DNA of 61,292 nt, filler included, from 8 parts of 8 records of this genome joined end to end with filler, not necessarily neighbours in it; one strand, 5' to 3'. Counted from the whole stretch's first letter, positions 13,002-26,400 are shown. Made by a program: numbers and translations. The notes: generated by a model not told the origin, from the sequence alone.

Positions 13002-15113
13002 GAGACTGCTCTCACATCGTGCATCACCACCGAACCGTCAAGCCCAACTGTGAACACCATAGTCTCACAGTTTGAGACACATAGCGCAGAGACAGGCTGC
13101 GAATGTACCCAGTGCTCCTCAAACTCCCCTGAGATAGGATAGGTATACACTCTCAGCGAACCGTTCTTGCATCCGGCGTAAAGGCTCTTCTCTGATCTTG
13201 CAAGCCGCATGCAAAGAATCACCGTGTCCTGCTCCAGTTCGACAAGCACCTTGCTCCCCTCGTAGACCCTAAGCATTTTGTCCATCCCAGAACATACCAT
13301 TCTTCCATCTTTGTCTGCCACCACTGCGTTGTAGTTGCACGCCTTGAGCACGCCGCCGGCGTTCATCTGCATCGCGCCGTCCCGGACTTGCCATTGGTGC
13401 ACTCCGCCATCCATCCCAGCCGAATACAGCATGTGGTCCCGTTGCGAGAAGTGGAGCGCCTTGACCCTGGCTGAGTGACCTCGCATGTTGAAGACAGGCT
13501 CAGCAGAGTACGTATCAAACAGCTGGATATTGTTATTATGTGCCGCTGCAAACATATGACCCCCAACCGCAAATACACAGCATCGGCAATTTTTGATCGG
13601 ATACTCGCGAGCTGGCTTCATATCGTCTTGCGTCACTGTGAGAAGCCGGAGTTTGTCTGAGAATCCAACAAGGAGATAGAACGAACTTGGGTGGAACGAG
13701 AGCGAGAGCACCTCTTCTGGGAACTCTTTGGCCTGCACCAGCAGTCGCTCCTGGTAGTCCCACACCCGCACTGTCCGGTCAAGAGAGCTGGTGGCCAGCA
13801 GTGGCCGCTGACTGCAAACGTCAACATCAGTGATCTCGCCGCCGTGCAGCATCGGCCTGCCACCCGTTGCTCAGCCCATGAGGCCAGACCCTTAATCGCA
13901 CCCTAGTCCGCCGCAGTTGATGAGCTCGCCCTCCTTGCAGAATTCAATGTTGACAAATGGGAGTAGGAACAGCTGGCCAACTCCACCTGGCCGATCCACG
14001 GAGAGCAGCAGGTTCTCCGAGTTCGGCGAGATACACATGCTGGCGACCCGTGTCTCGGGGCTGCTAAATTGCTCAACCTGGACGCACGAGGTCTGGCAGT
14101 AGTACTCCAGCCGCTCTGTCGACCGCTGGTATACTCTGACCAGCCCTTCAGCGCAGCTGCACACAAAGCCCCGCTTGTACGGTACAATCCTGGACACTGC
14201 CCGCTTCGGGCCTTCCGGGACCGAGAGCGGCACTCGGAACTCGTGGCCCTCGAACAGCAGCAGCTGCCCGTCCGCCGTGCCCACCACACACCGCTCACCA
14301 GGCAACCAGCAGTGAGACAGCGCCTCAGCGCCGCTCTCTGGCGGCGGGCCTGCTGCCGGCTTCCAGGTCTTGTCCCCGGCGTGTTTGACGAAACTGAGGC
14401 ACCCAGAGCCCACCACGGCCGCCGCCTGCGGGTCCCAAGGGCAGACGGACGCCTCGTGGACCACAAGCTCCTCCTGGGCCACAGAGCCAGTGCACACCAG
14501 TTGGCCTTTCTCCCATTGCCAGAGCATCAGCGTCCTGCCCCGGCCCGATCAGGCGTGTGTGTGAGCGGGACGCACCAGTCCGGGGCGCCAGTCTGGACCA
14601 GGAGCAGTCTGTGGTCCTGAGAAAAGCTCAAACTGATGCACCTGCCCGGCAAGCCTGAGCCCCAGCCCGACCCAGCGGCGCACTCGGTGGCCACAACGTC
14701 CGGCAGACCGAGCAGACGGCGCCGCTTGAGCGTAGCCAACTCGTAAACCTAGCCCCGGATTGCGGATGGCTGCCGGTGGGCCAGTCACCGAGACGCTCGG
14801 CCGCTCGCCTCGCTCGGCCACCGCCACGTACTTGAGCGTGGGAGGTACCGCCATGGCTGAAATCCCACCGCTCTTCTCGGTGGTGGTGCCTGGGCTCCGC
14901 TCGGCCGGCCGCAGCGGCTGCAGCGCCACCGGCGATGAATCGCTGCGAGTTTTGCTCGGGGTGGTGGATCACCAGGCTGTTGCCCACCGGGAAGACGACC
15001 TGTGGAGCCCCGGTGAGCGACGCCGGCCGGGCAGCCACCTGCGCGTCGTCCACGTACGCTACCCCGCCCGTCACCCCGGGCCGCAGCCCGAACGCGTGGC
15101 GAAGGCAGAGCAT
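13002..15113 (-). CDS. CFAP57: Cilia- and flagella-associated protein 57 (WDR65), 3'-truncated
   Basis: HAFGL..VFPVGNSLVIH..SQRFI..KYVAVAERGERP..QTGAPDW|TLMLWQWEK..LHGGEITDVDVC..SFHPSSFYLLVGFSDKLRL. Six 39-45 nt GT-AG introns. Confidence 0.9.
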
Positions 15114-15167
15114 CGCGTCCCGGTGGTGCCCTTGCAGGCCGAATGATGTGTAAAAATAGGAACGCGG

Positions 15168-15185
15168 CAACGGACTTATAACGGA
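15168..15185. promoter_or_regulatory. Two YAACGGA (Myb-type) motifs in the CFAP57/CTL divergent promoter
   Basis: CAACGGA 15168-15174 and TAACGGA 15179-15185. The same heptamer recurs in six other 5' intergenic regions (see findings). Confidence 0.5.
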
Positions 15186-15276
15186 AGCAGCAAAGCACCC
15201 CATTGTCGCCGGAAGAGGCTCTAGAGCGCTCAGAGCAAGCATTGGGACCGGAAGCGAGGAGAGACCGTACACCCTG

Positions 15277-16981
15277 ATGGCCGCCTCAACAGAGCACCAG
15301 CCGCTGCACCCGTTGCCGCAGGGCGGGGGCGGCCAATTCAACCAGATCACCCACCGGCCTCCCGCGGTGTCATACAAGGACTGGCCATACGCCTTGGCCT
15401 TCGCGCTCAACTTTGCGGCCCTGATCGGGGCCGGGGCCGCCTTCTACAGGCCGCTTGACCAGATCGACCAGGACGACGCAAAGTTCATCGACAAGGCCGT
15501 CCTGCTCGGGGCTGGGGCCGCCATGTGCGCCGCGGTCGGGTTCGCGGTCTGCTGGTTCATGATGGTCAAAACCTGCCCCAAGCAGCTGATCTGGGCCGGC
15601 CTGATCTTCTCGGTGCTCTCGATGGTCGCCGCCACCGGCTGGGCCTTCTACGCCGGCCAGCTCTGGCTCGGGCTCTTCTTCGGACTGTTCACCGCGCTCC
15701 AGATCTGGTACATCTATTGGTAAGCCCCGGTCAACCCCCGCGGATGAATCCGGGCAGGGTCCGGCACCGGATACAGCTCGCGGTCACGATGGTCAAGGTT
15801 TCCGTTGAGGTTGGGCAGCGGTACTATGGGATCTTTGTCTGCGCCGGCAGCTGGATCTTGGTGTCGCTGATCACACTCGCGATCTGGCTCGGCTCTGCCG
15901 TCTTTACTTTCTACGAGGTCCGGCAAGTGCAGCAAGCATCGGACGGGGCTCTGTACGGGCTCATGTGCTATTACGTGCTCAGCCTGTACTGGATTGTGTA
16001 CGTCAATATGTACGTGCTCCTCCCCCCAGAGAGGCCTTGGTCTCATCCGGCGGCCAGGTACATTGTTCACTGCGTCGCCTCCGGAGTGTTTGGGCACTGG
16101 TACTTTCAGACTCGTGAGGACGACCCTGGGACGCTCGCAGCTCCGGCCACATTCGGATCGCTCTCTCGGGCGACCACTACGTCATTCGGCAGCGTTTGCT
16201 TTGGGGCGCTGATCATTGCCGTCATAGAGCTGCTCGAAACAATGGCCAGGCAAGCTCAGCGCGAGGCAGACAGCTGCGCGGCCCAGTTTGTGGCTTGCTG
16301 CATCCGGTGCATCATTCAGTGCATCGGTGACATCCTCAGGTGTCTGAGCGTGCCTTGCTCCTGCTGACCGCTGCTAGGTTCATCAACCGGTACGCCTTCA
16401 CGATCGTGGCGATTTATGGCGATGGCTACTGTGACGCGGTCAAGCTCACGATGGACGTTCTTTCCATGAACGGTTTTGAAGCGATCATCAATGACGATCT
16501 CGTGGGGACCTTCCTGGGACTCGGGGCCCTTGTGGGCGCCCTGGTCTCTGCTGGCGTGGGCGTGCTGGTAGCTCACGCGGAAGGTGCGAGCACCGACGGG
16601 ATGATAATCGTCGGAGTGGTCGGGGTGTTGATGGGGCTGAACATTGTCGGGGTGGTTTCGAGCTCGATCATCTCATGTGTCACCTCCTTCTGGGTCTGCT
16701 TCGCCCTCGACCCAGCGGTGTATGCTCAAACCAAGCCGGCTCACCACGCGGTCCTGATGGATGCACTCGCCCGCCGGTGGGGCGACTTGCCTTCTGTCCC
16801 GTGCTACGCCTACGTCCAGTCCACATGTGGACCACACGACTACCAGCCGACCCAGCCCTACGGAGGTGGCCAAGTCTATGCTGCGCCACACCAGGACGCG
16901 CCGCCGCCACCACCGCCTCCGCCTCCAGCTTACAGCACACACAAGCCAGCCGGCGATTACAACCAATATGGACAACCTTGA
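15277..16981 (+). CDS. Choline transporter-like (CTL/SLC44, PNS1 family) membrane protein
   Basis: YKDWPYALAF, RIQLAV, TTTSFGSVCFGALIIA, INRYAFTIVAIYG, EAIINDDL. About three short introns; Pro-rich tail. Confidence 0.88.
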
Positions 16982-17100
16982 GATTCCAGACTTGGGTCGC
17001 GAAAGCGGCTTTACAATGCGCCTCCTGTACGCCTCCTGAAACGTTATCCCTTCTCCTCTTCAAGAGCCCGCAATGACATGGCAATGAGTCCAGACAGAAT

Positions 17101-17157
17101 ATAGACAGTATTGATTATTAGCAGCGTGAATTTTTGATAGACAGTATTGATTATTAG
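17101..17157. repeat. 21-bp direct repeat ATAGACAGTATTGATTATTAG (17101-17121, 17137-17157), period 36
   Basis: Read directly in AT-rich intergenic DNA. Confidence 0.9.
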
Positions 17158-17525
17158 TACGAGCGAGCATTGACAAGTGGCATGATCGTTTAAATCAAAT
17201 CTGTCCATGTCCTTGACGAATGAATACCGAATGACGTCGTGAATCCAGTAGAATCCATTCAATCCATTCAAGTATTACTAATCTTGTAGTTCACCGCTTT
17301 CCGCATGTACTCGTACTGTGCCAGCAGCCTATATTTTCCATAAAAGTGTCAGAACTTTAANNNNNNNNNNNNNNNNNNNNNNNNNNNNNNNNNNNNNNNN
17401 NNNNTTAATTAATTAANNNNNNNNNNNNNNNNNNNNNNNNNNNNNNNNNNNNNNNNNNNNCACCAGAATCAACAGCATAAACAAATTGCCCGGAATCTGC
17501 ACTGAGACCGAGTCTCCGGAGAGTA

Positions 17526-18026
17526 ATGGAGCCTGCTATGCTTATGATCGTGGTTGCTGCGGTGGCTGTGCTGGCGGTCGCGTACTTTGTGCTGGGGCGG
17601 CCGCAGCCCAAGCTCGAGCTCCACGGGTACCAGATCGACTTCCTCTCCTCGCTGGCCGAGCAGAACGGCACCACCCCCGCCGGGGCGCTCCAGTCGATCA
17701 TCGACCGCGCCCAGGCCGACCCGGCGATCAAGGGCCAGATCTTCGACGGGTTCCACTGCATCCACTGCGGGTCGGTCTCCCCGGCCGATTGGATTGCCAC
17801 CCGCAAGGGCAAGAAAGATCCGTACGCGCTCTCGCTCTCAGGGTCGGCGATCAGTTTCCTGAGCTCGCCCCTGCTGGTCAAGGTGGAGAAGCTGGGCGAC
17901 CCCCCGACCAAGCAAGTGGTGGACGCCCCGCTCCGGGCCGACGCCTCCAAGGCCGCTCGCTGCTGCGTCGACTGGGCCATCAAGAACCACGGCGCGCTGG
18001 CCGATGGCGCACCCAAGCCGGAATGA
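17526..18026 (+). CDS. Hypothetical 166-aa protein with N-terminal TM anchor and CxxC
   Basis: Clean ATG-TGA ORF with strongly G/C-ending codons; hydrophobic N-terminus; CIHC motif. Confidence 0.7.
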   Translation: MEPAMLMIVVAAVAVLAVAYFVLGRPQPKLELHGYQIDFLSSLAEQNGTTPAGALQSIIDRAQADPAIKGQIFDGFHCIHCGSVSPADWIATRKGKKDPYALSLSGSAISFLSSPLLVKVEKLGDPPTKQVVDAPLRADASKAARCCVDWAIKNHGALADGAPKPE

Positions 18027-18393
18027 GGTTTGAACCGGACTGGCACTCGGGGCTCGTGTGCGAGCCCGGTGGCGCCCCCGCCCCCTTGTTCGCTGGAGTG
18101 CCTCCCTTTGTGACCATCTTCAAGGATGTGTTGCCCCAGGATAATTACGATTTATACGTGATATGAATTTTCTATGATTATCATGAATGCAACTATTGAG
18201 CCTAATTGAGCCGTCTCTTGCTCCGCGACCTAGTCAGCGTTAATCTGTGTGAAATGAAGGGCACGATGAGCAACCCAATGTTGATGTACAAGAGCGTCTA
18301 TTATCAATTTAATGACGTCTAAACTGTGTTTTAACTTTAGCCGGCATATGGCCGGCAAGTTTGAAGCCCGTACAATCTTGGAGAAGCCTGGGG

Positions 18394-19305
18394 ATGCGTC
18401 AGTGCCACTGGGCGTTGCTGCTGGCGGCGGGGCTGCCAGAGGTGTCTGGGTACACTCGCTTCTGGATCAACTACACGCACAGCTACGAGCAGGACCTGCA
18501 GTTCGCCCGGGTCTGCTACACCGGCTGCCTCAAGGCGGCTGGCCCCAAACTGACCGAGCAGCACTCGCACGAGTGCTGGGGCCAGTGCACCGCCCGCAGC
18601 TACGCGGGCGGCCGCCGGATATTCAAGCTGAGCGGGTTGTGGTACTTCAAGCGGCTCCAGTTGGGGCCATTTAGCCTGGTCGAGCCGGCCAGCTGCCTGC
18701 TGTCGGCCGCGCACATCCCGGTGACACTGCTCGGGATCGGCCGGTTGTGGAGGGCCCCGCCGGCCGAGCGGGCGGTCTGGTGCTGGTCGCAGTACCTCGG
18801 GGTGATGTGTGCCGGGCTGGTGGCCTGGATCCTCTCGGCGCTCCACCACGGGTCGCACCTGGGTTGGGCCACCCAGCTCGACTATTTCGGGGCGCTGCTC
18901 TACCTGAGCGCCCTGGCCAGCACCGCGGTCGGGCGGGCGCTCCGGCTCCGGACTGGGCTGGTGTTTGGGGGTGGACTGGCCGGCTGGGGGCTGCGGTGCT
19001 GCTCGATGCAGTTGTGGGGGTTTGAATATGGCTCAAACATGGCCTTGTGCGTGTGCCTGCTGGCCGTGCACACTGCCGGCTGGTGCTGGGTGGCCCGAAG
19101 CCACCCGAACGGCCGGGCGATCGTGGGACTGACTGTGGGGCTGGCCGGGTGCGGGCTGCTGGAGATTTTTGACTTCCCGCCCTGGTGGGGCGTGCTGGAC
19201 GCGCACTCGCTCTGGCACAGCAGCACCCCGGCCGTCACGCTGCTGTGGCAGCTGCTGGTAGTCGAGAAGGACCTCAGACTGCTCGCCAAGAGCAAGCAAA
19301 TCTGA
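18394..19305 (+). CDS. PGAP3: Post-GPI attachment to proteins factor 3 (Per1)
   Basis: GLWYFKR..EPASCLLS..WILSALHH..LDYF..YGSNM..LEIFDFPP..LDAHSLWH. Confidence 0.88.
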   Translation: MRQCHWALLLAAGLPEVSGYTRFWINYTHSYEQDLQFARVCYTGCLKAAGPKLTEQHSHECWGQCTARSYAGGRRIFKLSGLWYFKRLQLGPFSLVEPASCLLSAAHIPVTLLGIGRLWRAPPAERAVWCWSQYLGVMCAGLVAWILSALHHGSHLGWATQLDYFGALLYLSALASTAVGRALRLRTGLVFGGGLAGWGLRCCSMQLWGFEYGSNMALCVCLLAVHTAGWCWVARSHPNGRAIVGLTVGLAGCGLLEIFDFPPWWGVLDAHSLWHSSTPAVTLLWQLLVVEKDLRLLAKSKQI

Positions 19306-19535
19306 TCCTGCCAATCATGCGATAAGTAAACTTGTCTCCTTCGGGTACTGCTCTAGAAGCAAGCTTAGAATTGAGTCGTAATTATGCTTGTATGTACGGT
19401 AGATTTCAACGCCGCTACGCGTGCACGCTCGATGTAGATAGGGCACAGGAGGGCTATCACCCTTTAATCCATTCCGATTATTTCCGCTGCTTACCGTAGA
19501 TCTCTAACGCGGTAACAGAACGCCATAAAAAGCCG

Positions 19536-20147
19536 ATGGGAGCGAGTTGCTGTCGAGGCAAGGCAGCCGTCGTGACGCCTGAGGCGACATCTGCGGGGTC
19601 CGAGCCGCGGCTGTCTATGCGGCGCCGGCAGCGGAGCTCGGATGGGCTGGTGTGGCACGTGCAGGTGGTCCGCGGCCCGGTCAAGCCGCGGCAGCCCAGG
19701 CCGGAGTTGGACCCCTCACAGTTCCAGCCGAAGCGCGAGGGCGACACCTGGGTGATCGCCGGGATGGTGGGCGGCTGGGCAGGACTGCGCGACCTGCGCT
19801 GTCTGGCAGTGACCGCCAAGCAGGGCCAGGGGCCGGTCTGCCGACTGTGGGAAGCCCCCTCGGCCCAGGCGCCGGCGCTGCCGCTGGGGACCCCGGGCAT
19901 GTGCCACTGCACGGCCGAGCAGCTAGTCCGATACCTGCTGAACTACAACAAGCGGCACAGTCAATACCACGAACAGCTGGCCAACTGCCAAACATTCGCG
20001 GCAGACCTGTTTGGCTTTCTGTCCGGCAAGGGGCCCGGGGTGCCTGTGCCGGGCAATGCCGGTAACTTGAGCTTCTTCCAACCGTATCATCTCATTTGTC
20101 GGCCGTTGTACAAGCCAAGGCCATATCTTTTCTTGTACAACCCTTAA
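19536..20147 (+). CDS. Putative permuted papain-like (PPPDE-like) protein with acylation-type N-terminus
   Basis: YHEQLANCQTFAADL resembles the Y..L..NC..F catalytic-Cys motif; N-terminus MGASCC. Confidence 0.45.
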   Translation: MGASCCRGKAAVVTPEATSAGSEPRLSMRRRQRSSDGLVWHVQVVRGPVKPRQPRPELDPSQFQPKREGDTWVIAGMVGGWAGLRDLRCLAVTAKQGQGPVCRLWEAPSAQAPALPLGTPGMCHCTAEQLVRYLLNYNKRHSQYHEQLANCQTFAADLFGFLSGKGPGVPVPGNAGNLSFFQPYHLICRPLYKPRPYLFLYNP

Positions 20148-20470
20148 ACAATAATTGATTGTACATGACCATGATAATCATCGATGGCGAACTAAACCCC
20201 AGCTGTGTGTGATTTCCAACAGACATTGAAGCGTTTAAAATTCGACCGCGACACCAGGGTAACTGGACACCACCAAGGTGAATAATCAATCGTTGTGCAC
20301 TGAGGCCTATACACGCTATTCACTAGACGCCTGTTTATTTTTCACAACGGAACTCATCACTCCGTAAAAATACACAGACCATTTGGTGCAAGGGGTGCCC
20401 GCCGCAGCCCGCGTGGGCCCGGCGGTGGATGGCTGCCCAGCGCTAGCGGAGATGCACGCAGTGCTGTAGG

Positions 20471-23400
20471 ATGTCCCCGGAGGAGGTGGGTCCCCCAGAC
20501 CGGCTGCATGAGCTGCCGGAGGAGCTCGGGCTGGAGCAAGAGGTGCTGGCTGCCTTCGACACGCTGGACGACCTGGGACGAGGCGTCATCTCCCGGCAGC
20601 ACGTGGACGTGATCCTCAGACTGTTTGGGATGCGACCGAGGCCGCTGCAGACGCCGGAGGAGGTGTTTGCAGCGTACTCGGACCAGACCGTGGCCGACGC
20701 AGTCCTGGACGTGACTGGGACGGTTGGAAGCATCAGCCGCGATAGCGTGCTGCATTTTTTCCAGCTCGACCCCGTGGCGAGGGAGTCCACCCCACGGTTT
20801 GCGCTGCTGCGGCGGCTTTACACAGTCATGGCTGGTGACGAGGGAACTCCACTGCTCCTGCGCGACGCTCAGCGCCTTTTTCGCGTCATGGTGCAGTATG
20901 GCTGTCTGCTGGGCTCATTGCTTTGCTGCCAGGGCTTCCAGGCTGAACTGTCCGACTTTGCTTTGTACACTGGGATTGAGATCCCTGACAACAATACAGG
21001 GCTGTTCCACGATACGGTGAGCCCTGGTAATGGCACCTGGCCGATGGGTTGTCAGAGCGAATCGGACGAGCGAGCGTCAATAGCTAGGAAGATAGCAATG
21101 AAACAGCGAGCATCGGTACTCCTGTGCTATCCATGCTGTGCTGTACTGTGCTGTCATCTCAAGTTTGCGCTCTCAGGTGCTGTTGAACGAAGGGCATTCA
21201 GATGGACTTGACAATGCTACTAAGACCGCACTGCACGGTCTGATGACTAGTGACGGGGACCCTGAAGAGGACTGTATTGTTGATGGTCTGATGGCGTCGA
21301 TGGCCAGCGAAGCTCTTATTGCTGAAATTATGGTCGCAGCCAGTGGGACACAGGTAGCGTCTGCTGTTCTGTGAGATTGTAATGAGTCGTGGTGCAGCAA
21401 CGTGCGGGTCGACTCAAGCTTGCATACCTTCTTAGAACTGATGCTGGAGTTCAGGACAAGCTTGGGCTGTTAAACTGCTTGGTGACAATTGAAATTATGG
21501 CCCAAACAATTTGCACAAGAGGCGAAGGCGAATTTATTACGGATACGGAATTCAAAAAGGTTTATGCCGAAGCAGTCGAGGCTATCGAAATTGCTCTGGT
21601 ACTGCTGGATATTTCGCAGGTACTGAGCGTGTTTTGCAGGTAACGTGCGACGGCTCACTGGAGAGCAATGAGATTGATGCAAGCGACGGCTCACTGGAGA
21701 ACAACGAATTCAATGAAGATAAATTGGAAGACTGGGTGACTGTCATCGCCCCACCAGGTGAACCCAAAGTGAATGTACCTAATCTGATACAACGCGTGCA
21801 GATGAGGGTGCAGTTGAGGAGGAAGACGAGGATGATGTTAATAGCATAATCCAAGAAATGCCATTTGAGTTGACGAATGGCGACGAGGACCCTGAGACTA
21901 CTTTCTCAGTCCAGCGAACGTCTCGACCCACACAAAGTGGCCAAGCGACTCAGAGATCTAGACGGGGCAGTGTTGCTCAGCGACGCACTCAGAGACGAGG
22001 CAGCGTTGCTGGTCTTGTGCGAAGAGGTAGTGTTTCTGAGCGGCATCACAAAGCTAAGCAAAGTGTCAAAGGCCAATGGGCCGAGCGTCGCTCTAGCTTT
22101 GTTTCTGTTATCTCGGATCAAGGAGCCCACGAGACCAAGAGCCGTCGTCGGTCCCTCATCAAAAGGCTACAAGCATCCAGAATCCAGGCAGCTCAATTGG
22201 CCATGGACAAATGCAAGATCGATTTTGGCGAGTGGCTACAACTATACAGTTCAGTGTCGTTCAAGCCACAAGAGGGAAGGACCCGAGGTTTGGTGACTTC
22301 AAGATGGGATGGTCAAATGAGTGCTGCAAAGTGCAAGCGCGTGTTGGTAATGATTGATCGTCTTTACTTTCTCGCATGCAGTGACGATGGAGAACTCACT
22401 GTGCAATCTTTGCATGCTGCTCTCATACGTTTTGTGGGCGGCATTCACGTAAATGAATCGTCTGCGCACCGGTCCAGTCAGCGGGATCTCAATAGGCTCA
22501 AGATCTTTTATTATCGATTTGCTACTGGTAGCACGGCAAACCTGCAAACCTTTGTTCGCATGTTGGGTTCAGATGAAGACGATAATGTGCCAGGCCAACT
22601 TGTTGAGTTTGTTCGTAAAATTAGGACTCTCTGTGCAGCATATGAGCTCTTTGACCAGGACGGCGGTGGAACTATTGATTCCGAGGAATTCGGTGCCACG
22701 ATGACCAAGCTGTTTCGGTGGCGGCCGACCCGCTACGAAACAGAGAAGATGATGGCCATGGCTCTTGGGCTGAAGCACGAAACCTGTGATGAAATTGACT
22801 GGGGCGGCTTCGTCCGAATGATGACGCTACGGCACTCCGGAATTGTTGCCGAAAGGCTCACGCAAATAGCTGACTCGATTGCTCGCTTGTCGGGGCTGTT
22901 TGACTGTTTCAGCACAGAAGCTCCTGGTTATGCGGTACTCGATTTTGCAATCAGCAGTCAAGACTTTGCACAGGTTATCAGTGCGACTGGTCAGCAGTAC
23001 TCGGATCAGGAACTTCAGCATATGCTCGACAGAATCAGGAAACGAAGTGCCGAAATATGTGGTGTGCCTGTACCCGATGTTGAGGCCGATGTGACTGAGA
23101 TCAGCTTTGCGTGCTTCGTCAACATGCTCACGGATACAGACTCTCAAGAAAAGCAACGTGTGGAGCTGGCACTTACAGAAGCAAGGCTCCTCTTTGAGCT
23201 CTACGCAACAGGAGAGGAAAACGAAGATAAATTGATTTCAGTGTCAGATATAGCTCGGTTCATCTCAGCGTTATGTGGATGTAAACAATTTGAAGTAATT
23301 CGTGAATTGGTTGACATGCTTGACGCCAGGCCTGATACAAGATTGAGTTTTCCACAATTTGTTGCAGTGATGACTGGTTCAGCTGCCGAGTGCCAGGATC

Positions 23401-26400
23401 TGATCTGGAGTCGTATGCGAGAGCTTAGGAATGTTTACTCTTTGTTTGATTTTGATCATTCGGGAGCTGTAGATCTTCAGGAATTTGCATCAATTTTGAA
23501 GAGATTTGGTGGCGTCGAAGCGCATAAGATCGATGAGTCCGTCTGTGCTTTCGACTTGGACGGTAATGGCTTGCTCGACTTCGCTGAGTTCACAGAAATG
23601 ATGTTAAAAGGCGACGACCGCATTGTGTCGCATGTGACCGGTCATGTGGACATGCTAAAAGAGCTCTATTCCGTGGTCCAGGTAAACCAAAGCAACTCAA
23701 AGTCCGCTCCTTCTGCACAAAGCACCGTGGCCCAAGCACTGGTGATAATCAGCGGCTTATCAAAGGCTGAGGCGGAGGCGACGGCCACTGGTATCTGCAA
23801 CGACAAAGAGGAACTTGACTTGCAGGAATTCGTCAGGCTAATGATCACAACAGAAGTCCAGCAGGAGTGCACCCGTTTCAAGCGGTGTTTGAGTGACCTG
23901 CGTCAGGCTTTCAATGTGTTTGAGCAAGATGGGCTAGCAGTAATCAAAGAGAAGGAGCTCAAAGTGACTTTGCAATTGCTCGGAATTGAGCTCAATGATA
24001 ACGACATCAGAGACATGATAGACTCCGTCGACAGCGATAGATCTGATGGCAGCTTAAGCTTTGGGGAATATGTTAATCTGGCATTACCGCTGGTTTTACG
24101 CTATCGGGCAGATATGTTCAAAGACGAAGTCGACATCCAGTCCCGAGCAAATAAGATCCGTGAGGATTTTGCCTCGCTGTCTACAAAGTCTACAGTTCCC
24201 TTGTTCAGCAACAGGCAACAGCTAGACGGGTTTATGAGAACTGAGCCTCCAAAGTGGACAAAAGAGATGGCTGAACGTATTGCGGACTTCTTGACAGACA
24301 GCTGTGGGAATCCTGTCATCAAACGACTGGATCGGGAAACTTGCATCAAATTTTGCCAACAGGCTCGTCTCGTCCGAGCAGCTCCTGACTGCCGTATCGT
24401 TGAAGAAGACCAGCCTCACCAACTTTTAAAGTATATGCTTGTGGTCGTGAAAGGCCATATCGAAATACATCTTCCAGAAGGGATGCTAGCCACTACTCCG
24501 CGCCACGAAGTGTGGACCGCAGTTCAGCAGTTTTTGGCATTAATGACAAGTCGCCTGAAGCATTCTCTGAGTCTGTGGTCAAGCTTTGCTTGTGCTCCTG
24601 CCAAGATCAGAGGCAGGATCGGAATCTTGCACAGAATGATGGCGGAGACGATTCAAGAAGTTGACATCATGTTGTCTGAGGCTATAGAGATTGTAGAGAT
24701 GACTGAAATGTTTGATATTTGGTGCAAGCCCGCAGTTATTTCGAAAGGCATCCGCGTCCTCACAAAGTTACAGGTGATGATAGAGGCTAGTGATGAGTGT
24801 CAAGAGCAGTGTGCAACGGTGCGCCTCTGGCTGATTACTAGACCTCACCTCCACAATGCATCTAGCATGTCAGCCATCGCGAGTGTTCTGGATAGCTTGA
24901 CGACGCTCCTCCTCGACCTTCGACTCTGGAAGGCGTCTCTGGAACCCATTTTTGGGAAAGGAGATACAAAAGCTCCCATGCATGAGAGCTCAAAGGAGCG
25001 AAAGGATGCCTCGGGCAGCCTGCTGCTCAAGAATGTGAAGCAAGTGGGTACAATACTTCAGGGCCAGGCTTTAGGTCTGTCGAGCTTGCTAAGCGTGAAA
25101 TATGGGATGGATCTGGATCATCACAGCAAATCAAGCAATTCCTGCACGGCGGTGGCAGGCCTAGGGGATACCAGTGGGACAGGGACTCTGATGCTTGCAT
25201 TCAACCGAGATGGCCTGATCAAGATACTTTCGGAAGCACCTGCAAAATTCATAATCTCGCTCAAGCCGTTTGAATGGCTCGATTCGGATTCCCGGGCTTG
25301 GAAAAAACTGGCCATGGCCTGCACCCCTGGAAAATATAGATTTGGTGAGGTTGTTGTACGAGCCGGCCAGCGCGCTTCCAGTGTTCTCTTGCTGGCCAAA
25401 GGCCAACTTAAGATTCTCGCTCCTGGGAGCTCTGGTGCTGGCGTGGAACCTCATCAAAACGGGCCGTCTTGCCGTGATACCATCTCGATCGTCGTGGCAC
25501 CTGCAATTGTTGACATGGTACAGAAAGATGTTGCTGGGAAGCAATGCCAGCAATACACCATGATTGCAGATGCTTCTCACCTAGAGGCTTGGTGGATGCC
25601 CCGGCTCCTCTTTGATCGATTTTCTAGCGGTAAGAAGGAGCTGCGAAGCTCAATGGAGTGGCAAAGTCAGGTATGCACTGAACAAATTGGCCTCATAGAA
25701 AATAATCTAGAGCTTCTAGAGTTGACATCATCGGGAAAGAACGAAAAGCTCAATCTGGAGCTTCAGGCAATTGAAGAGAAGGAAAACGAGATAGACACGA
25801 ATCTCGACCAGCTTGATCACCTCGATTCAGCACGAGCGGAAATTTCAATCCACTATCGACGCGAGGGCACCAGCAATGAAATGGACATTCATAAAGTAGT
25901 GGTTGATGTCTGTAAGGACGCATCCAGGCACTTCTCTTTGTCAGAATCGGGCAAGTACGCTGATACTAAGTGCGCCCGTGAACACCAGATGCAAAAGCTC
26001 CGCCGGGCAGCAGACCCACCGGCTGCTCCCTATGTCCCAGTTCAGCCCAACCTAGTGGCGCCTCCACCAAACATAGGTGAGCCCCCATTGGCTATTCTCC
26101 AACCAAAGGAGCGGTACAGACTGCGACAAGAGCCGCTTCATGCCCGATTTGATCACATGGTCCGGAGTCCTCGACGCCATGCGCTCTCAAAAGCCAGTGC
26201 AAATCGATTTGTACTGCAGCAATCCCAGGAACAGCGACCAGTTGTTCAGCGATCCGCCGTTCATGGCGCAGCAACACCTGACTTCATCCATGACTTCATC
26301 GATAATGTAAAGCAGAATGGATCGTTGAAGAGCCGCTTCAATCGGTCAGTTATGAATCTTGCAAACAAAATCAAGCAGATTGAGCGAAAGGCCACAAAAG

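Noticed and set aside
379-17157. Short direct repeats with spacers as CRISPR arrays
   Set aside because: Only two copies each, eukaryotic context, no cas genes.
18024-18070. TGA followed by hairpin GGGCTCG-TGTG-CGAGCCC as selenocysteine/readthrough signal
   Set aside because: No SECIS core, the downstream frame is low-information and soon stops, and such a hairpin is expected at this GC content.
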